A stretch of 64,000 nt of DNA from Candidatus Caccoplasma merdipullorum (GTDB lineage: Bacteria > Bacteroidota > Bacteroidia > Bacteroidales > G3-4614), in assembly GCA_017694415.1 (NCBI GenBank), contig JADIMW010000084.1:2794-66793 (forward strand). Reading direction: 5' to 3'. This document shows, piece after piece, positions 8,126 to 18,701 of this stretch (within the stretch, counting starts at the first letter, position 1; each line of letters starts with the position of its first letter). The translations under genes and the position numbers were made by a program. The notes under the pieces were generated by a model, which did not search any database, had not been told where the DNA came from, and saw nothing but the letters and a program-made list of their open reading frames with translations.

Positions 8126-10903
8126 CTAATGTGCCTCGAGCCAGTTTTTCCCTTCGCCGGTATCGGCTACGAGGGGTACGTTCATACGATATGCACCCGA
8201 CATCTCTTCTTCGACGATTTGCTTTACTCGCTCTTTTTCGTTTAAGGGGACTGAAAAGTCGAGCTCGTCGTGTACTTGTATGAGCATTTTTGCTTTTATG
8301 CCTTCTTTTTTGAAGCGGTCGGCTATCCGTACCATGGCTATTTTTATTATATCGGCCGCGCTTCCCTGTATCGGCGCGTTTATGGCATTGCGCTCGGCAT
8401 AGCCTCTTACCACGCTGTTGCGGGAGTTTATGTCGGGCAGCATCCGCTTGCGGCCGGTTATGGTCTCGACGTACCCTTTTTCGCGCGCTACTTCTATGCT
8501 TTTGTCCATATAGGCTTTTACGGCCGGGAATGTGGCAAAGTATCCGTCTATCAACTCTTTTGCTTCTGTCCGGGTTATGTTTAGACGCTCGGCCAACCCG
8601 AATGCGGAGATTCCGTATATGATTCCGAAATTGGCTGTTTTTGCCCGACGACGCATCTCGGGGGTTACTTCGCCTATCGGTACCTTGTATATTTTGGAGG
8701 CTGTCGCCGCGTGTATGTCTTCGCCTTTCCTGAATGATTCGGTCATGTGCTCGTCGCCGCTGAGGTGCGCCATTATGCGAAGTTCTATCTGCGAATAGTC
8801 GGCCGAGAAAAAGAGGCTGCCTTCGTCGGGGACGAAGGCGCGGCGTATCTCCCGCCCTGCGGCTTCGCGTATGGGGATGTTCTGGAGATTGGGGTTGCTG
8901 GAACTTAACCTCCCTGTTGCGGTTACCGTCTGGTTGTATGAGGTGTGGATTTTGCCGGTTTCGGGGTTTATCAGCTCGGGCAGCGCGGTTACGTATGTGG
9001 TAAGCAACTTGCGCAGTCCGCGGTAATCGAGTATCAACCCTACTATGGGATGCCGCGGGGCGAGCTTGACGAGTATTTCTTCGGTGGTGGAGTATTGCCC
9101 TTGCTTGGTCTTGCGCGCTTTTTCATCGATTCGCAACTTGTCGAAGAGTATCTCGCCTACTTTGCGTGATGAGTTTATATTGAATTTCTCGCCGGCCATG
9201 CCGTAGATTTTTTCTTCGGCTATCTCGATGCTGCGTGTGAGCCCTACTGATATTTCGGACATCACTTCCGTATCTATCCTCACGCCTTCGTATTCCATGT
9301 CGGCAAGTACCTTCACAAGCGGCATCTCTATTTCGTAAAAGAGTTTCTCCAATCCCTGCTCTTTTATCATCGGTTCGAATACTCTCTTTAAGCGTAAGGT
9401 TATGTCGGCATCTTCGGCGGCGTACTCGCAGACTTCTTCTACCGGTACGTCGCGCATGGAGAGTTGTCCTTTGCCGCGCTTGCCTATCAGCTCTTCTATT
9501 TTGGTGGTCTTGTGCGCGAGATAGATTTCGGCAAGATAGTCCATGTTGTGCCGCTGCTCGGGTTGCAACAGGTAGTGCGCCACCATAGTGTCGAAAAATT
9601 CGCCCTGCATTGTGATACCGTACTTTTTCAGTACGATGTAGTCGTATTTTATGTTTTGCCCTATTTTGAGTATTCGGGGGTTTTCGAGCGAGGGTCGGAA
9701 TTTTTCGAGCAACTCGACGGTTTTTTTTCTGTCGGCCGATACGGGGACATAATATGCGGTGTCTTCGTGCATGGAAAACGACATTCCTACCAATTCGCTC
9801 CTCATCGGCTCGGTGGATGTGGTTTCGGTATCTATTGCGAAATATTCCGCGTTGTTTAATTTTTCCGTCAATTCGGATATTTTCTCCTCATTGTCAATAA
9901 GATAATATATGTGCTCACGGTTTTTTGACTTGTCGAGAGTCGAATATTTTGCATCATCTCCGTCCTCTCCTTCAAATACGTCAAAGAGAGAGGGTTGTGT
10001 TTTTGCCTGTTTGGGCTCTTCGTGTCGGGCGACGCGCCCGGTTATTCTTTCGGCCAGATTTCGGAACTCCAGTTCGGAGAATATCTCGGCGAGTTGCTTC
10101 GTGTCGGGTTCTGATACGAGCAATGCTTCTTCGTCGAATTTTATCGGGGCATCTGTCCTTATCGTCGCAAGCAGTTTCGAGAATCGGATTTTTTCGGCAT
10201 TCTCGGTTATCTTGGTTTTCAACGCTCCTTTAAGTGTATCGGTCGATAGGAGCAGCTGCTCTACGCTGCCGTATTCTTTAAGAAGTTTCGATGCGGTCTT
10301 CTCTCCTACTCCGGGACATCCGGGAATGTTGTCGGAGGCATCGCCCATCAGCCCCAACAGGTCTTTTACCTGTCCCGGCGATTCGAGTCCGTACCGCGCT
10401 TTTACTTCTTCTGCTCCGCGGATTTCGAATCCTGTACTGCCGAACTTGGGTTTGTATATGAATATCTTGTCGGTTACGAGTTGCCCGAAGTCCTTGTCGG
10501 GTGTCATCATGTAGGTTTCGAATCCTGCTGCTTCGGCCTGCACCGCCACGCTCCCTATCACATCGTCGGCTTCGTACCCGGGAACTTCGAGCAACGGTAT
10601 GTTGTATGCCCGTATAACGTCTTTTATTACGGGTACGGAACGGCGTATATCTTCGGGGGTCTCTTCGCGCTGCGCCTTGTATGCATCGAAAAGTTCGTGT
10701 CGGAATGTAGGGCCGGGGGGGTCGAACGCTACGGCTAAATGCGTGGGGTGTTCCACGCGGAACAATTCTTCGAGCGTATTGACGAAGCCGAATATCGCCG
10801 ACGTGTTTATTCCTTTTGAGTTTATTCTCGGATTTTTTATGAACGCATAATACGAACGGTATATCAACGCATACGCATCTAAAAGGAAGAGTCTCTTCTG
10901 CAT
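8126..10903 (-). CDS. polA: DNA polymerase I
   Basis: 925 aa with a 5'-3' exonuclease N-terminus (LLDAYALIYRSYYAF), a 3'-5' exonuclease domain and Pol A motifs (SADYSQIELR, QVHDELDF). Confidence 0.97.
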   Translation of the reverse strand: MQKRLFLLDAYALIYRSYYAFIKNPRINSKGINTSAIFGFVNTLEELFRVEHPTHLAVAFDPPGPTFRHELFDAYKAQREETPEDIRRSVPVIKDVIRAYNIPLLEVPGYEADDVIGSVAVQAEAAGFETYMMTPDKDFGQLVTDKIFIYKPKFGSTGFEIRGAEEVKARYGLESPGQVKDLLGLMGDASDNIPGCPGVGEKTASKLLKEYGSVEQLLLSTDTLKGALKTKITENAEKIRFSKLLATIRTDAPIKFDEEALLVSEPDTKQLAEIFSELEFRNLAERITGRVARHEEPKQAKTQPSLFDVFEGEDGDDAKYSTLDKSKNREHIYYLIDNEEKISELTEKLNNAEYFAIDTETTSTEPMRSELVGMSFSMHEDTAYYVPVSADRKKTVELLEKFRPSLENPRILKIGQNIKYDYIVLKKYGITMQGEFFDTMVAHYLLQPEQRHNMDYLAEIYLAHKTTKIEELIGKRGKGQLSMRDVPVEEVCEYAAEDADITLRLKRVFEPMIKEQGLEKLFYEIEMPLVKVLADMEYEGVRIDTEVMSEISVGLTRSIEIAEEKIYGMAGEKFNINSSRKVGEILFDKLRIDEKARKTKQGQYSTTEEILVKLAPRHPIVGLILDYRGLRKLLTTYVTALPELINPETGKIHTSYNQTVTATGRLSSSNPNLQNIPIREAAGREIRRAFVPDEGSLFFSADYSQIELRIMAHLSGDEHMTESFRKGEDIHAATASKIYKVPIGEVTPEMRRRAKTANFGIIYGISAFGLAERLNITRTEAKELIDGYFATFPAVKAYMDKSIEVAREKGYVETITGRKRMLPDINSRNSVVRGYAERNAINAPIQGSAADIIKIAMVRIADRFKKEGIKAKMLIQVHDELDFSVPLNEKERVKQIVEEEMSGAYRMNVPLVADTGEGKNWLEAH

Positions 10904-10971
10904 ATAGCTGCTTTTGATTTAATTTTTGGGTAAATTTACAACAAAGGGATAAATATCTGTTTATTTATTGC

Positions 10972-10979
10972 TAATTTTG
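10972..10979 (+). promoter_or_regulatory. -7 promoter box TAATTTTG
   Basis: Matches TAnnTTTG, 37 nt upstream of the ATG at 11016. Confidence 0.45.
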
Positions 10980-11015
10980 TCCCTTGGTTGAATACGGAAT
11001 ATCGCCTGTTGTAGA

Positions 11016-11990
11016 ATGAAAAGCGAAGCTGAAATAAGAGAATCAATAAAAGAGGAGATGGCACGTCTGAATGACGCTCTTTCCGACTCGCTGAAATCGG
11101 ACAATTCCCTGCTTAAAAGCGTTACGGACTATTTCCTTGAGGCTAAGGGGAAACAGATAAGACCGATGCTGGTGATATTGAGTTCCAAACTTTTCGGACA
11201 AATAAGCCGCGCCACTCTCGACGCCGCCGTGGCTGTGGAACTGTTGCACAGCGCAAGTCTCATACACGACGACGTTGTCGATGAATCGCCTGCCCGAAGA
11301 GGCCGCCGTTCGGTCAATTCGATATGGGACAACCGCGTGTCGGTACTGGTGGGCGACTATTTCGTTTCGTGCGCACTTAAGGCTGCAATAGCTACGGGAG
11401 ATACATCGATTATAAACATAATCGCCGAACTGGGCAAAGAACTCGCCCGAGGCGAAATAGACCAGATTGAAACGGCCGACAGCCACACGATAGACGAGGA
11501 GAGATATTTCAACGTAATAAACCAGAAGACCGCTTCGCTGTTTTCGTCGTGTATGAAAATGGGGGCGATATCGAACGGCGCATCGGAAAGAGAGGTTGAG
11601 ATTCTTTCAACTTTCGGCGAGAAGCTGGGACTCTGCTTCCAGATTAAGGACGATATTTTCGACTACTTTACCAACGAGAAACTCGGCAAACCGACAGGGT
11701 CGGATCTGGCCGAAGGGAAAGTTTCGCTGCCGCTTATCTATGCGATAAGAACGGGCAATGACAGGGAAAACTCCGACATGCGCGCACTGCTGTCGAAAGA
11801 GAGGCTGACACAGGGGGAGATTGCCACCCTTATAGAATACGCGAAGAAAATGGGCGGCATAGAATACGCCGAAGAGACAATGAAGCGACTCGAGGCTGAA
11901 GCGATAGCGGAACTGGCTCCGTTCGGGAAGAACGAGATAACCGATTCGCTGATAAACATCCTGCACTATATTACGGTAAGGAATTATTGA
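11016..11990 (+). CDS. ispB: polyprenyl diphosphate synthase (octaprenyl-type)
   Basis: 324 aa with both Asp-rich motifs (LIHDDVVDES and FQIKDDIFDY). Confidence 0.9.
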   Translation: MKSEAEIRESIKEEMARLNDALSDSLKSDNSLLKSVTDYFLEAKGKQIRPMLVILSSKLFGQISRATLDAAVAVELLHSASLIHDDVVDESPARRGRRSVNSIWDNRVSVLVGDYFVSCALKAAIATGDTSIINIIAELGKELARGEIDQIETADSHTIDEERYFNVINQKTASLFSSCMKMGAISNGASEREVEILSTFGEKLGLCFQIKDDIFDYFTNEKLGKPTGSDLAEGKVSLPLIYAIRTGNDRENSDMRALLSKERLTQGEIATLIEYAKKMGGIEYAEETMKRLEAEAIAELAPFGKNEITDSLINILHYITVRNY

Positions 11991-12220
11991 AATTGCGGTT
12001 CTGCCGCCATATCCGTAAAAACGGATTTATCGTATATTCCTCATTTTTCATATTCCATACAAACAACGGTACGGTAAGGCTACATCTTCTGCCCGACTGA
12101 CTGCATAATGATTATCTCTGTCTCGTAACTATTCGGCACTTCCGTCCTTAGCACCTCTCCTGCTCGACTCTATTCCTTTACGCGTATAAAACCGTACAGG
12201 GATAAATCCGGAAACTAATT

Positions 12221-12251
12221 CGCCCCGCATCTCCCGGAGGGTTGCGGGGCG
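12221..12251. terminator. hairpin in convergent intergenic region
   Basis: cgccccgca...tgcggggcg forms a 9-bp perfect stem between the ispB and deoC 3' ends. Confidence 0.55.
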
Positions 12252-12337
12252 GATACCGGCGGTTTTACCCGACCGGCATGCGGGCTATATGTGCGACGCA
12301 GTTGCTTTTTTGAATTGCGGAGCGGTACTGCGACAGG

Positions 12338-13225
12338 TTATTTGCTAAAGAAGCGTATCTCTTTTCCTTCTATTGCCGACAGCAGGGAATCGGCAAGACT
12401 CGACGCTCCTATTCTGAAATATTCGCTTGTGAGCCACTCTTCGCCCAACACCTCTTTTATTATTGTATAATATTTTACGGCTTCGGCTGCTGTTCTTACT
12501 CCTCCTGCCACCTTTATTCCTGCACGTGTCCCGTACATGCGGCTATACTCTTTTACGGCTTTCGCCATTACATATACGGCTTCGGGGGTTGCTCCGACTG
12601 CGCTCTTGCCTGTGGAGGTCTTTATGAAATCGGCTCCTGAATAGAGCGCCAGTATGGAGGCTTTCATTACGGACGTCATCGACGGTAATACTCCTGTCTC
12701 GATTATCACTTTCAGCCTGGCATCGTGGCATGTCTCTTTCATTTCGGATATTTCGTCGCACAGCTCCTGATAGTTGCCGCCGAGAAAATTGCCGATATTC
12801 ATAACCATATCTATTTCGTCCGCGCCGTCGTGCAGTGCGAGTCCTGCCTCAACGGTCTTGAGCTCGGAATAGGTCTGCGCCGACGGAAACCCGCCTGCAA
12901 CCGACGCTATTTTTACCGATGATACGTCGAGTGCGGCACGTACCGTGGTTACGAAATTGGGATAGACGCATATTGCCGCCACGGGATTCATATCGGGACA
13001 GGTGTTCTCGAAATCGTTTACTTTGGAGACGAATGCGGTTATCGTTTCGTCGTTGTCGGTGATATTGAGCGACGTCAAATCGAGACACGACAGGATGAAT
13101 GAATAGACCTCGCGCGTGCAGTTTTCCTTGTAATGCTCGTCGAGAATCTTCTCCACTTCGTATTTCACCCGCTCATCGTCGATATTAGTATCGAATTTTG
13201 CGATTGCTTCGTTGTATTTATCCAT
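12338..13225 (-). CDS. deoC: deoxyribose-phosphate aldolase
   Basis: 295 aa of the long DeoC type. GADFIKTSTGK contains the Schiff-base Lys context, and the fold is TIM-barrel-like. Confidence 0.9.
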   Translation of the reverse strand: MDKYNEAIAKFDTNIDDERVKYEVEKILDEHYKENCTREVYSFILSCLDLTSLNITDNDETITAFVSKVNDFENTCPDMNPVAAICVYPNFVTTVRAALDVSSVKIASVAGGFPSAQTYSELKTVEAGLALHDGADEIDMVMNIGNFLGGNYQELCDEISEMKETCHDARLKVIIETGVLPSMTSVMKASILALYSGADFIKTSTGKSAVGATPEAVYVMAKAVKEYSRMYGTRAGIKVAGGVRTAAEAVKYYTIIKEVLGEEWLTSEYFRIGASSLADSLLSAIEGKEIRFFSK

Positions 13226-13231
13226 AATATA

Positions 13232-13555
13232 TCAAAGTTTGGGATTTTTCAAATGACGTTCCGAATCGCGCCCGGTCTTTTTCGCCACGTTTTTCTCGAA
13301 CGCTTCCGTCAGGTCTATTCCTGTCTGGTTGGCCAGACAGATTATGACCCACATGACATCGGCCAACTCGTCGCCGAGGTCGGCATTCTCTTCTCCTGCC
13401 TTGAACGACTGCTCGCCGTAACGCCGCGATATTATGCGGGCTACTTCGCCTACCTCTTCGGTCAATACGGTCATATTGGTAAGTTCGTTGAAATAGCGTT
13501 TACCGTATTGCATTATCCACTGATTTACAGTATCTTGTGCTTCTTTTATAGTCAT
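13232..13555 (-). CDS. MazG-like nucleotide pyrophosphohydrolase (small, single domain)
   Basis: Trimmed to the internal ATG ([14 protein letters not shown]...), whose ATG overlaps the dtd stop as TAATG. The EExGE motif (LTEEVGEVARII) and DELADVMW are typical of the MazG/YpjD family. Confidence 0.8.
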   Translation of the reverse strand: MTIKEAQDTVNQWIMQYGKRYFNELTNMTVLTEEVGEVARIISRRYGEQSFKAGEENADLGDELADVMWVIICLANQTGIDLTEAFEKNVAKKTGRDSERHLKNPKL

Positions 13556-14007
13556 TATTCCTTTATTTTGGAATCGATTATTATAGTTACGGGCCCTGAA
13601 TTGAGCAGTTCCACCTTCATATCCGCGCCGAAGACTCCGCGCCCTACGGGTTTTGCGAGAATCCGCTCCATCTCCGAACAAAATTCTTCATACAGGGGTT
13701 CGGAAATTGACGGTGCTGCGGCTCGTATATATGACGGCCTGTTGCCTTTACGGGTGGATGCGAGCAGCGTAAACTGACTTACGACCAGAACATCGCCGCC
13801 GACATCTTGCACCGAGAGGTTCATTACGCCGTCGGCATCGTCGAAGATGCGCAGATTCGCCGTTTTGTTGCAAAGCCACTTCAAATCGTCGGCAGTGTCG
13901 CCGGGTTCTACTCCCAGCAATACCAACAGTCCGTTTCCGATTGCTCCTTTTACCTCTCCGCTTACGGTTACGGAGGCATGTGTTACTCGTTGTATTACTA
14001 CGCGCAT
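13555..14007 (-). CDS. dtd: D-aminoacyl-tRNA deacylase
   Basis: 150 aa starting MRVVIQRV... and containing ...SQFTL...GNRPSF-like...NSGPVT, all Dtd hallmarks. Confidence 0.93.
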   Translation of the reverse strand: MRVVIQRVTHASVTVSGEVKGAIGNGLLVLLGVEPGDTADDLKWLCNKTANLRIFDDADGVMNLSVQDVGGDVLVVSQFTLLASTRKGNRPSYIRAAAPSISEPLYEEFCSEMERILAKPVGRGVFGADMKVELLNSGPVTIIIDSKIKE

Positions 14008-14047
14008 CGCTTATAGTTTCTGTTTTGCCGATACAAAATTAAAAAAT

Positions 14048-15868
14048 TTATTCTTCTCCGTGTGCCGATGAGGGATTAAAATAGGATGCCAGTTTTTGCG
14101 CTTTTGCCGCTCCTACCGTTTCGACGAGTTCATCGAAAGTTGCCTCTTTGAGCCGTTTCAGGCTCTTGAAATGTTTCAGCAGTGTTTCGCGTGTTTTCTC
14201 TCCTATTCCGGGTATGGAATCGAGCTCGGATGCCACCTGCCCTTTGCTTCGCCTGTTGCGGTGGTGGGTTATGCCGAAACGGTGGGCTTCATCTCTCATT
14301 CGCTGCACGACTTTCAACGATTCGGAATTTTTGTCGATATAGAGCGGTACAGGGTCTTCGGGGAAATAGATTTCTTCGAGCCGCTTGGCTATTCCGGCAA
14401 TGGCAATCTTCCCGTACAGGTTCAGATCCTTCAACGCTTCCACCGCAAAATGCAGCTGTCCTTTGCCTCCGTCTATTATTATAAGCTGCGGCAACGGCTG
14501 CATCTCTTCGCTCAATCTTTTATAGCGGCGATATACCGCCTCGTACATGGTGGCGAAGTCGTTTGCTCCCTCGACCGTCTTTACGTTGAAATGCCGATAC
14601 TCCTTTTTTGCGGGTTTCCCGTCCTTGAAAACCACACACGACGAAACGGGATTTGTTCCCTGTATGTTGGAATTGTCGAAACACTCCATGTGTCGCGGCA
14701 ACTCGGACAGGCGAAAGTCGACCGCCACCTGTTTAAGCAGACGCGTTGTACGCTGTTCGGGGTTGAGTTTTTCCGATTGTTTCAGCTTGTCGATTTTATA
14801 TTGGCGTGCATTGCGTTCGGAAATTTCCAGCAACTGTTTTTTGTCGCCTCTCTGCGGAACTACCGCAATATAACTGCTGCTCTCCACTCCTGTCTCGAAC
14901 GGCACGATTATCTCTTTTGCGGTGCTTCCGAACCGACTGCGCAATTCGGTTATTCCTATCATAAGCAAATCTTCGCGCGTCTCGTCTATCCTCTTCCTGT
15001 ACGATATTGTCATGCTCTGCACTATCGACCCTTCTTTTATATGCAGATAGTTTATGTATGCCGTGTCGTCTTCTTCGTCGTACCCGAAGACATCGACATT
15101 GTGGACACTCGAGTTTACTATTACCGATTTTGAACGGTAGTTTTCGAGCAGTTCCAGTTTTTCTTTTATTTTCTGCGCCTCTTCAAACCGCAGTTCGCCT
15201 GCCAGCTTAAGCATTTCTTCTTTCAGATATGCCGACAACCGTGCGGTTTCGCCGTTCAGAATCTGCCGTGCCTGTCGGATATATTCGTCGTATGTTTCGG
15301 CACTCTCCTCGCCCGTACACGGAGCGGCGCAGTTTTTAATATGGTATTCGAGACATTTCGAGAATTTGCCTCTTCGGATATTGTCGTCGGTAAGCATCAG
15401 ATTGCACGAGCGAATCGGATAGAGGCGTTTTATAAGGGCTATTATTACTTTGGCCAGATTTACGTTTGCGTATGGCCCGTAGTATTTCGAACCGTCCTTT
15501 ACCACATTACGGGTAAGGAATATGCGGGGGAAGTGCTCTTTTTTTACTACTATCCACGGATAGGTCTTGTCGTCTTTCAACAGTACGTTGTAACGCGGCT
15601 GATACTCTTTTATCATCGAGTTCTCGAGATGCAGGGCATCCTCTTCGCTCCCCACCACTATATATTTAAGGTCGGCGACATGCCTCAACATTACCGCAGT
15701 TTTAATACTCTGCGCCGTTTTGTTGAAATAGGACGACACGCGGCGTTTCAGATTTTTTGCTTTCCCTACATATATTATGCGCCCGTCCTTATCGAAATAC
15801 TGATACACGCCGGGAGATTCGGGCAGTGTGGAAATAATGCTTTTTATTCTGTCGAACGCCTGTTGCAT
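14048..15868 (-). CDS. uvrC: excinuclease ABC subunit C
   Basis: 606 aa with a GIY-YIG N-terminus (GVYQYFDKDGRIIYVGKAKNLKRRV), UVR, endonuclease and HhH domains. Confidence 0.97.
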   Translation of the reverse strand: MQQAFDRIKSIISTLPESPGVYQYFDKDGRIIYVGKAKNLKRRVSSYFNKTAQSIKTAVMLRHVADLKYIVVGSEEDALHLENSMIKEYQPRYNVLLKDDKTYPWIVVKKEHFPRIFLTRNVVKDGSKYYGPYANVNLAKVIIALIKRLYPIRSCNLMLTDDNIRRGKFSKCLEYHIKNCAAPCTGEESAETYDEYIRQARQILNGETARLSAYLKEEMLKLAGELRFEEAQKIKEKLELLENYRSKSVIVNSSVHNVDVFGYDEEDDTAYINYLHIKEGSIVQSMTISYRKRIDETREDLLMIGITELRSRFGSTAKEIIVPFETGVESSSYIAVVPQRGDKKQLLEISERNARQYKIDKLKQSEKLNPEQRTTRLLKQVAVDFRLSELPRHMECFDNSNIQGTNPVSSCVVFKDGKPAKKEYRHFNVKTVEGANDFATMYEAVYRRYKRLSEEMQPLPQLIIIDGGKGQLHFAVEALKDLNLYGKIAIAGIAKRLEEIYFPEDPVPLYIDKNSESLKVVQRMRDEAHRFGITHHRNRRSKGQVASELDSIPGIGEKTRETLLKHFKSLKRLKEATFDELVETVGAAKAQKLASYFNPSSAHGEE

Positions 15869-15920
15869 TGTTGTTCAAATTCGAATTGTTTCACGTGGAA
15901 CATTTTCAAACCAAAGAATA

Positions 15921-17795
15921 TCAACGCCCCAAAAGAAGCAAAAGTATATTTATGTCGCTCGGCGATATTCCGGGTATGCGGCCGGCCTGTGCTATTGTCT
16001 CGGGGTCGATTCGGGCAAGTTTCTGACGTGCCTCTATTGTTAGCTGGGTAATTGTCGAATAATCGAATTTCCCTTTTATGCGAATATTTTCGAGGCGCGA
16101 AATCTTGTCGGCTATCAGCCGTTCGCGCTCGATATACCCCTCGTACTTCATCAAAATTTCGGCTGCCTCTACTGTCTCCTCCCGACGGTCGGCAATCTTT
16201 TCTATCTCGCGTTTTAAACGCGGTATCAACTCCGCCACGTCGTATATGGTTATCTGCGGCCGCAGGATGAGGTCAATCAACTTCACACCTTGTTTCAACG
16301 GTGTTGTCCCGAGCCGCTCCAATCCTGCATTTATATATTCGGCCTTTACCGAATAGTTGCGGCAAAATTCTATCAGGCGGTCGCGATTACGGCGTTTTGA
16401 TTCGAGCATATCGAAGCGTTGCTGCGATGCAAGCGACAACTCTCGCGATTTGGGGGTCAAACGCATATCGGCATCGTCTTGTCGGAGCAGTATGCGGTAC
16501 TCGGCTCGGGAAGTAAACATGCGGTATGGTTCGTCCACTCCTTTTGTTACGAGGTCGTCGATAAGCACCCCTATATATGCTTCGTCGCGCGAGAGCACGA
16601 ATTCGCCTCCGCCGTGGCATTTGAGGTGGGCATTGATTCCGGCTACTATACCCTGCCCCGCCGCTTCTTCGTATCCTGTGGTGCCGTTTACCTGTCCTGC
16701 GAGGAAGAGCGAATCGACAATCTTGCTCTCGAGCGTATGGTTCAGATATTCGGGTTCGAAATAGTCGTACTCTATCGCATAGCCCGGACGGTATATCTGT
16801 ACGTTGTGCAACGCCGGTATCTGCCGGAGGGCTCGAATCTGTATGTCTATCGGAAGCGACGACGAAAAACCGTTCAGATAATATTCGTTGCACTCTTCTC
16901 CTTCGGGCTCGAGGAAAAGCTGGTGCTTGTCCTTGTCGGGGAATGTATGCAGTTTGGTTTCGATGCTCGGGCAGTAACGGGGGCCGATGCTTTTTATCTG
17001 ACCGTTATAGAGGGGCGAGTCGGGGAATCCTTCACGCAGTATGTCGTGGACTTTTTCGTTTGTATAAATGCTCCAGCAACTGCGCTGCTTCAATACTCTC
17101 GTTGGGGTTTCGAGAAATGAAAATTTATGGAAATCGGATTCTCCTCCCTGTTCTTCGGCCAGCGAGAAATCGATACTGCGACCGTCGATTCGGACGGGTG
17201 TTCCGGTTTTCATGCGCCCCGACGGTATTCCGAGTTCTACAAGCTGCGCAGTCAATCCGTACGATGCCGGTTCGGAGATTCTGCCGCCGGGTATCTGCGT
17301 ACGCCCTATATGTAGCAGTCCGTTGAGAAACGTACCTGAGGTTATCACCACGCAACGCGCGCGGAACTCTACGCCCAACATCGTTTTTACACCGCACACG
17401 CTTTTGCCGCTGACGAGTAGCGATGACACGGTGTCTTGCCACATGTATAGGTTGGGGGTGTTTTCGAGTATGGAACGCCACTTGTCGATGAAGCGGCGGC
17501 GATCGCTTTGCGCACGCGGACTCCACATGGCAGGACCTTTGGAGCGGTTCAGCATGCGGAACTGTATGGCCGTTGCGTCGGTAACAATTCCCGTATAGCC
17601 GCCCAAAGCATCTATTTCCCTGACTATCTGCCCTTTAGCTATACCACCTATTGCAGGATTGCAACTCATCTGTGCTATCTTGTTGAGGTCCATCGTTATC
17701 AACAGGGTCTGCGAGCCGAGGTTTGCTGCCGCTGCCGCCGCTTCGCACCCTGCATGTCCTGCTCCTACAACTATTATGTCGTAATCGTATCTCAT
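15921..17795 (-). CDS. mnmG: tRNA uridine 5-carboxymethylaminomethyl modification enzyme MnmG
   Basis: FAD motif DIIVVGAGHAGCEAA. Start set at the ATG (MRYDYD...) rather than the upstream TTG. Confidence 0.97.
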   Translation of the reverse strand: MRYDYDIIVVGAGHAGCEAAAAAANLGSQTLLITMDLNKIAQMSCNPAIGGIAKGQIVREIDALGGYTGIVTDATAIQFRMLNRSKGPAMWSPRAQSDRRRFIDKWRSILENTPNLYMWQDTVSSLLVSGKSVCGVKTMLGVEFRARCVVITSGTFLNGLLHIGRTQIPGGRISEPASYGLTAQLVELGIPSGRMKTGTPVRIDGRSIDFSLAEEQGGESDFHKFSFLETPTRVLKQRSCWSIYTNEKVHDILREGFPDSPLYNGQIKSIGPRYCPSIETKLHTFPDKDKHQLFLEPEGEECNEYYLNGFSSSLPIDIQIRALRQIPALHNVQIYRPGYAIEYDYFEPEYLNHTLESKIVDSLFLAGQVNGTTGYEEAAGQGIVAGINAHLKCHGGGEFVLSRDEAYIGVLIDDLVTKGVDEPYRMFTSRAEYRILLRQDDADMRLTPKSRELSLASQQRFDMLESKRRNRDRLIEFCRNYSVKAEYINAGLERLGTTPLKQGVKLIDLILRPQITIYDVAELIPRLKREIEKIADRREETVEAAEILMKYEGYIERERLIADKISRLENIRIKGKFDYSTITQLTIEARQKLARIDPETIAQAGRIPGISPSDINILLLLLGR

Positions 17796-17817
17796 ATATG
17801 GCAATGATTGTGCTTTG

Positions 17818-17825
17818 CAAAATTA
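17818..17825 (-). promoter_or_regulatory. -7 promoter box TAATTTTG for mnmG
   Basis: The reverse complement of caaaatta matches TAnnTTTG, 23 nt upstream of the ATG at 17795. Confidence 0.45.
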
Positions 17826-18073
17826 GTAAAAAGTATCGAGCTAATGCGATATGCCGTGCTGCACAACAGCAAAGGGGGGAGTGCACGGGTAGGCAGAGTT
17901 CGGCATTGTTGCCTTCAACCGCCGCTAAATGCATGTTGCGTAACGGATATATAACGGTTTGTCTGAATCGGAAGGGGTGTGAATGGTGGATGCGCTCTGC
18001 AGGGCGCTCGGGTATTTCTATTGCTTTGCCCTTTTGCCAACCCTGCTTATATCCGGATAACTGAAATCGCTGC

Positions 18074-18517
18074 TTATACCTCTTTTTTGTATAGAGAGGG
18101 GATGTCTATAAGGGCGAGGGCGTTGTTTTCGGCCTGCTCCATTATCTCCCTCTCGCCTTCTCCCTTGTCGTTTATGCCGCACAGGTGGAGTATGCCGTGT
18201 ATTACCACACGTAACAGTTCGCGGCTGTACGGTTGCGCGAACTTGTCGGCATTGCTCGACACGGTGTCGAGGCTTATGAATATGTCGCCCGATATGGTGT
18301 TGCCTTCGGTGTAGTCGAACGTGATTATATCGGTATAGTAGTCGTGCTGCAAATACTCTTCGTTTACTTCCAGTATCTTGCCGTCGTCGCAGAATATGTA
18401 CGATATTTCTCCGCACTTCTTGCCGTGCGACGCCGCCACCTGTTTTATCCACGCAGTGAGCTCGCGGCGGCGGAACGGGGGAACGGGTACTCCTTCGGAA
18501 TAATAGTTTACTGCCAT
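18074..18517 (-). CDS. ybeY: rRNA maturation RNase YbeY
   Basis: Metal-binding motif HGILHLCGIND. Start trimmed to the ATG (MAVNYYSEG...). Confidence 0.9.
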   Translation of the reverse strand: MAVNYYSEGVPVPPFRRRELTAWIKQVAASHGKKCGEISYIFCDDGKILEVNEEYLQHDYYTDIITFDYTEGNTISGDIFISLDTVSSNADKFAQPYSRELLRVVIHGILHLCGINDKGEGEREIMEQAENNALALIDIPSLYKKEV

Positions 18518-18630
18518 GTTTCTTTTTTTTGCTGTTCTGCTTTTGACGGCAGAATCGCGGTTGATGAACAAAGTTAAATATTATATGGTGAATCTGCAAC
18601 GCGGGCGGAGCAAAATTGCCCTGCTTCGTG

Positions 18631-18696
18631 CTTAACAATTTCGTAACAGTAGCTTAACGGCAACGTAACAGTATCGTAACGCCTTCGTAATAGCAC
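18631..18696. repeat. six tandem 11-bp units with conserved hexamer C(G/T)TAA(C/T)
   Basis: The hexamers start at 18631 (cttaac), 18642 (cgtaac), 18653 (cttaac), 18664 (cgtaac), 18675 (cgtaac) and 18686 (cgtaat), with exact 11-bp spacing. Read as 22-mers, 18642-18663 and 18664-18685 match at 17/22 positions. Confidence 0.8.
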
Positions 18697-18701
18697 CGCC
18701 G

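Noticed and set aside
10415-10535. tRNA T-arm-like strings (ggatttcgaatcc, ggtttcgaatcc).
   Set aside because: They lie inside polA, reading as antisense of conserved coding sequence, and no cloverleaf can be drawn around them. I found no convincing tRNA, rRNA, tmRNA, RNase P or SRP RNA signature anywhere in the window by eye, though a covariance-model scan is needed to be sure.
13232-13681. N-terminal extensions in the ORF track. Affected ORFs: 13232-13681, 18074-18571, 21595, 27916, 30304, 52962, 56312, 57988, 62785, 6711, 17804 and 45714.
   Set aside because: Several lines of evidence argue against the extensions. Some overlap the upstream gene, a terminator hairpin or a -7 promoter box. 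Some use GTG or TTG when an ATG with a proper signal peptide or conserved N-terminus lies just downstream. Genes were trimmed to the internal start. The parE start (27916 versus 27976) and the start of the 51123-51524 gene remain ambiguous.
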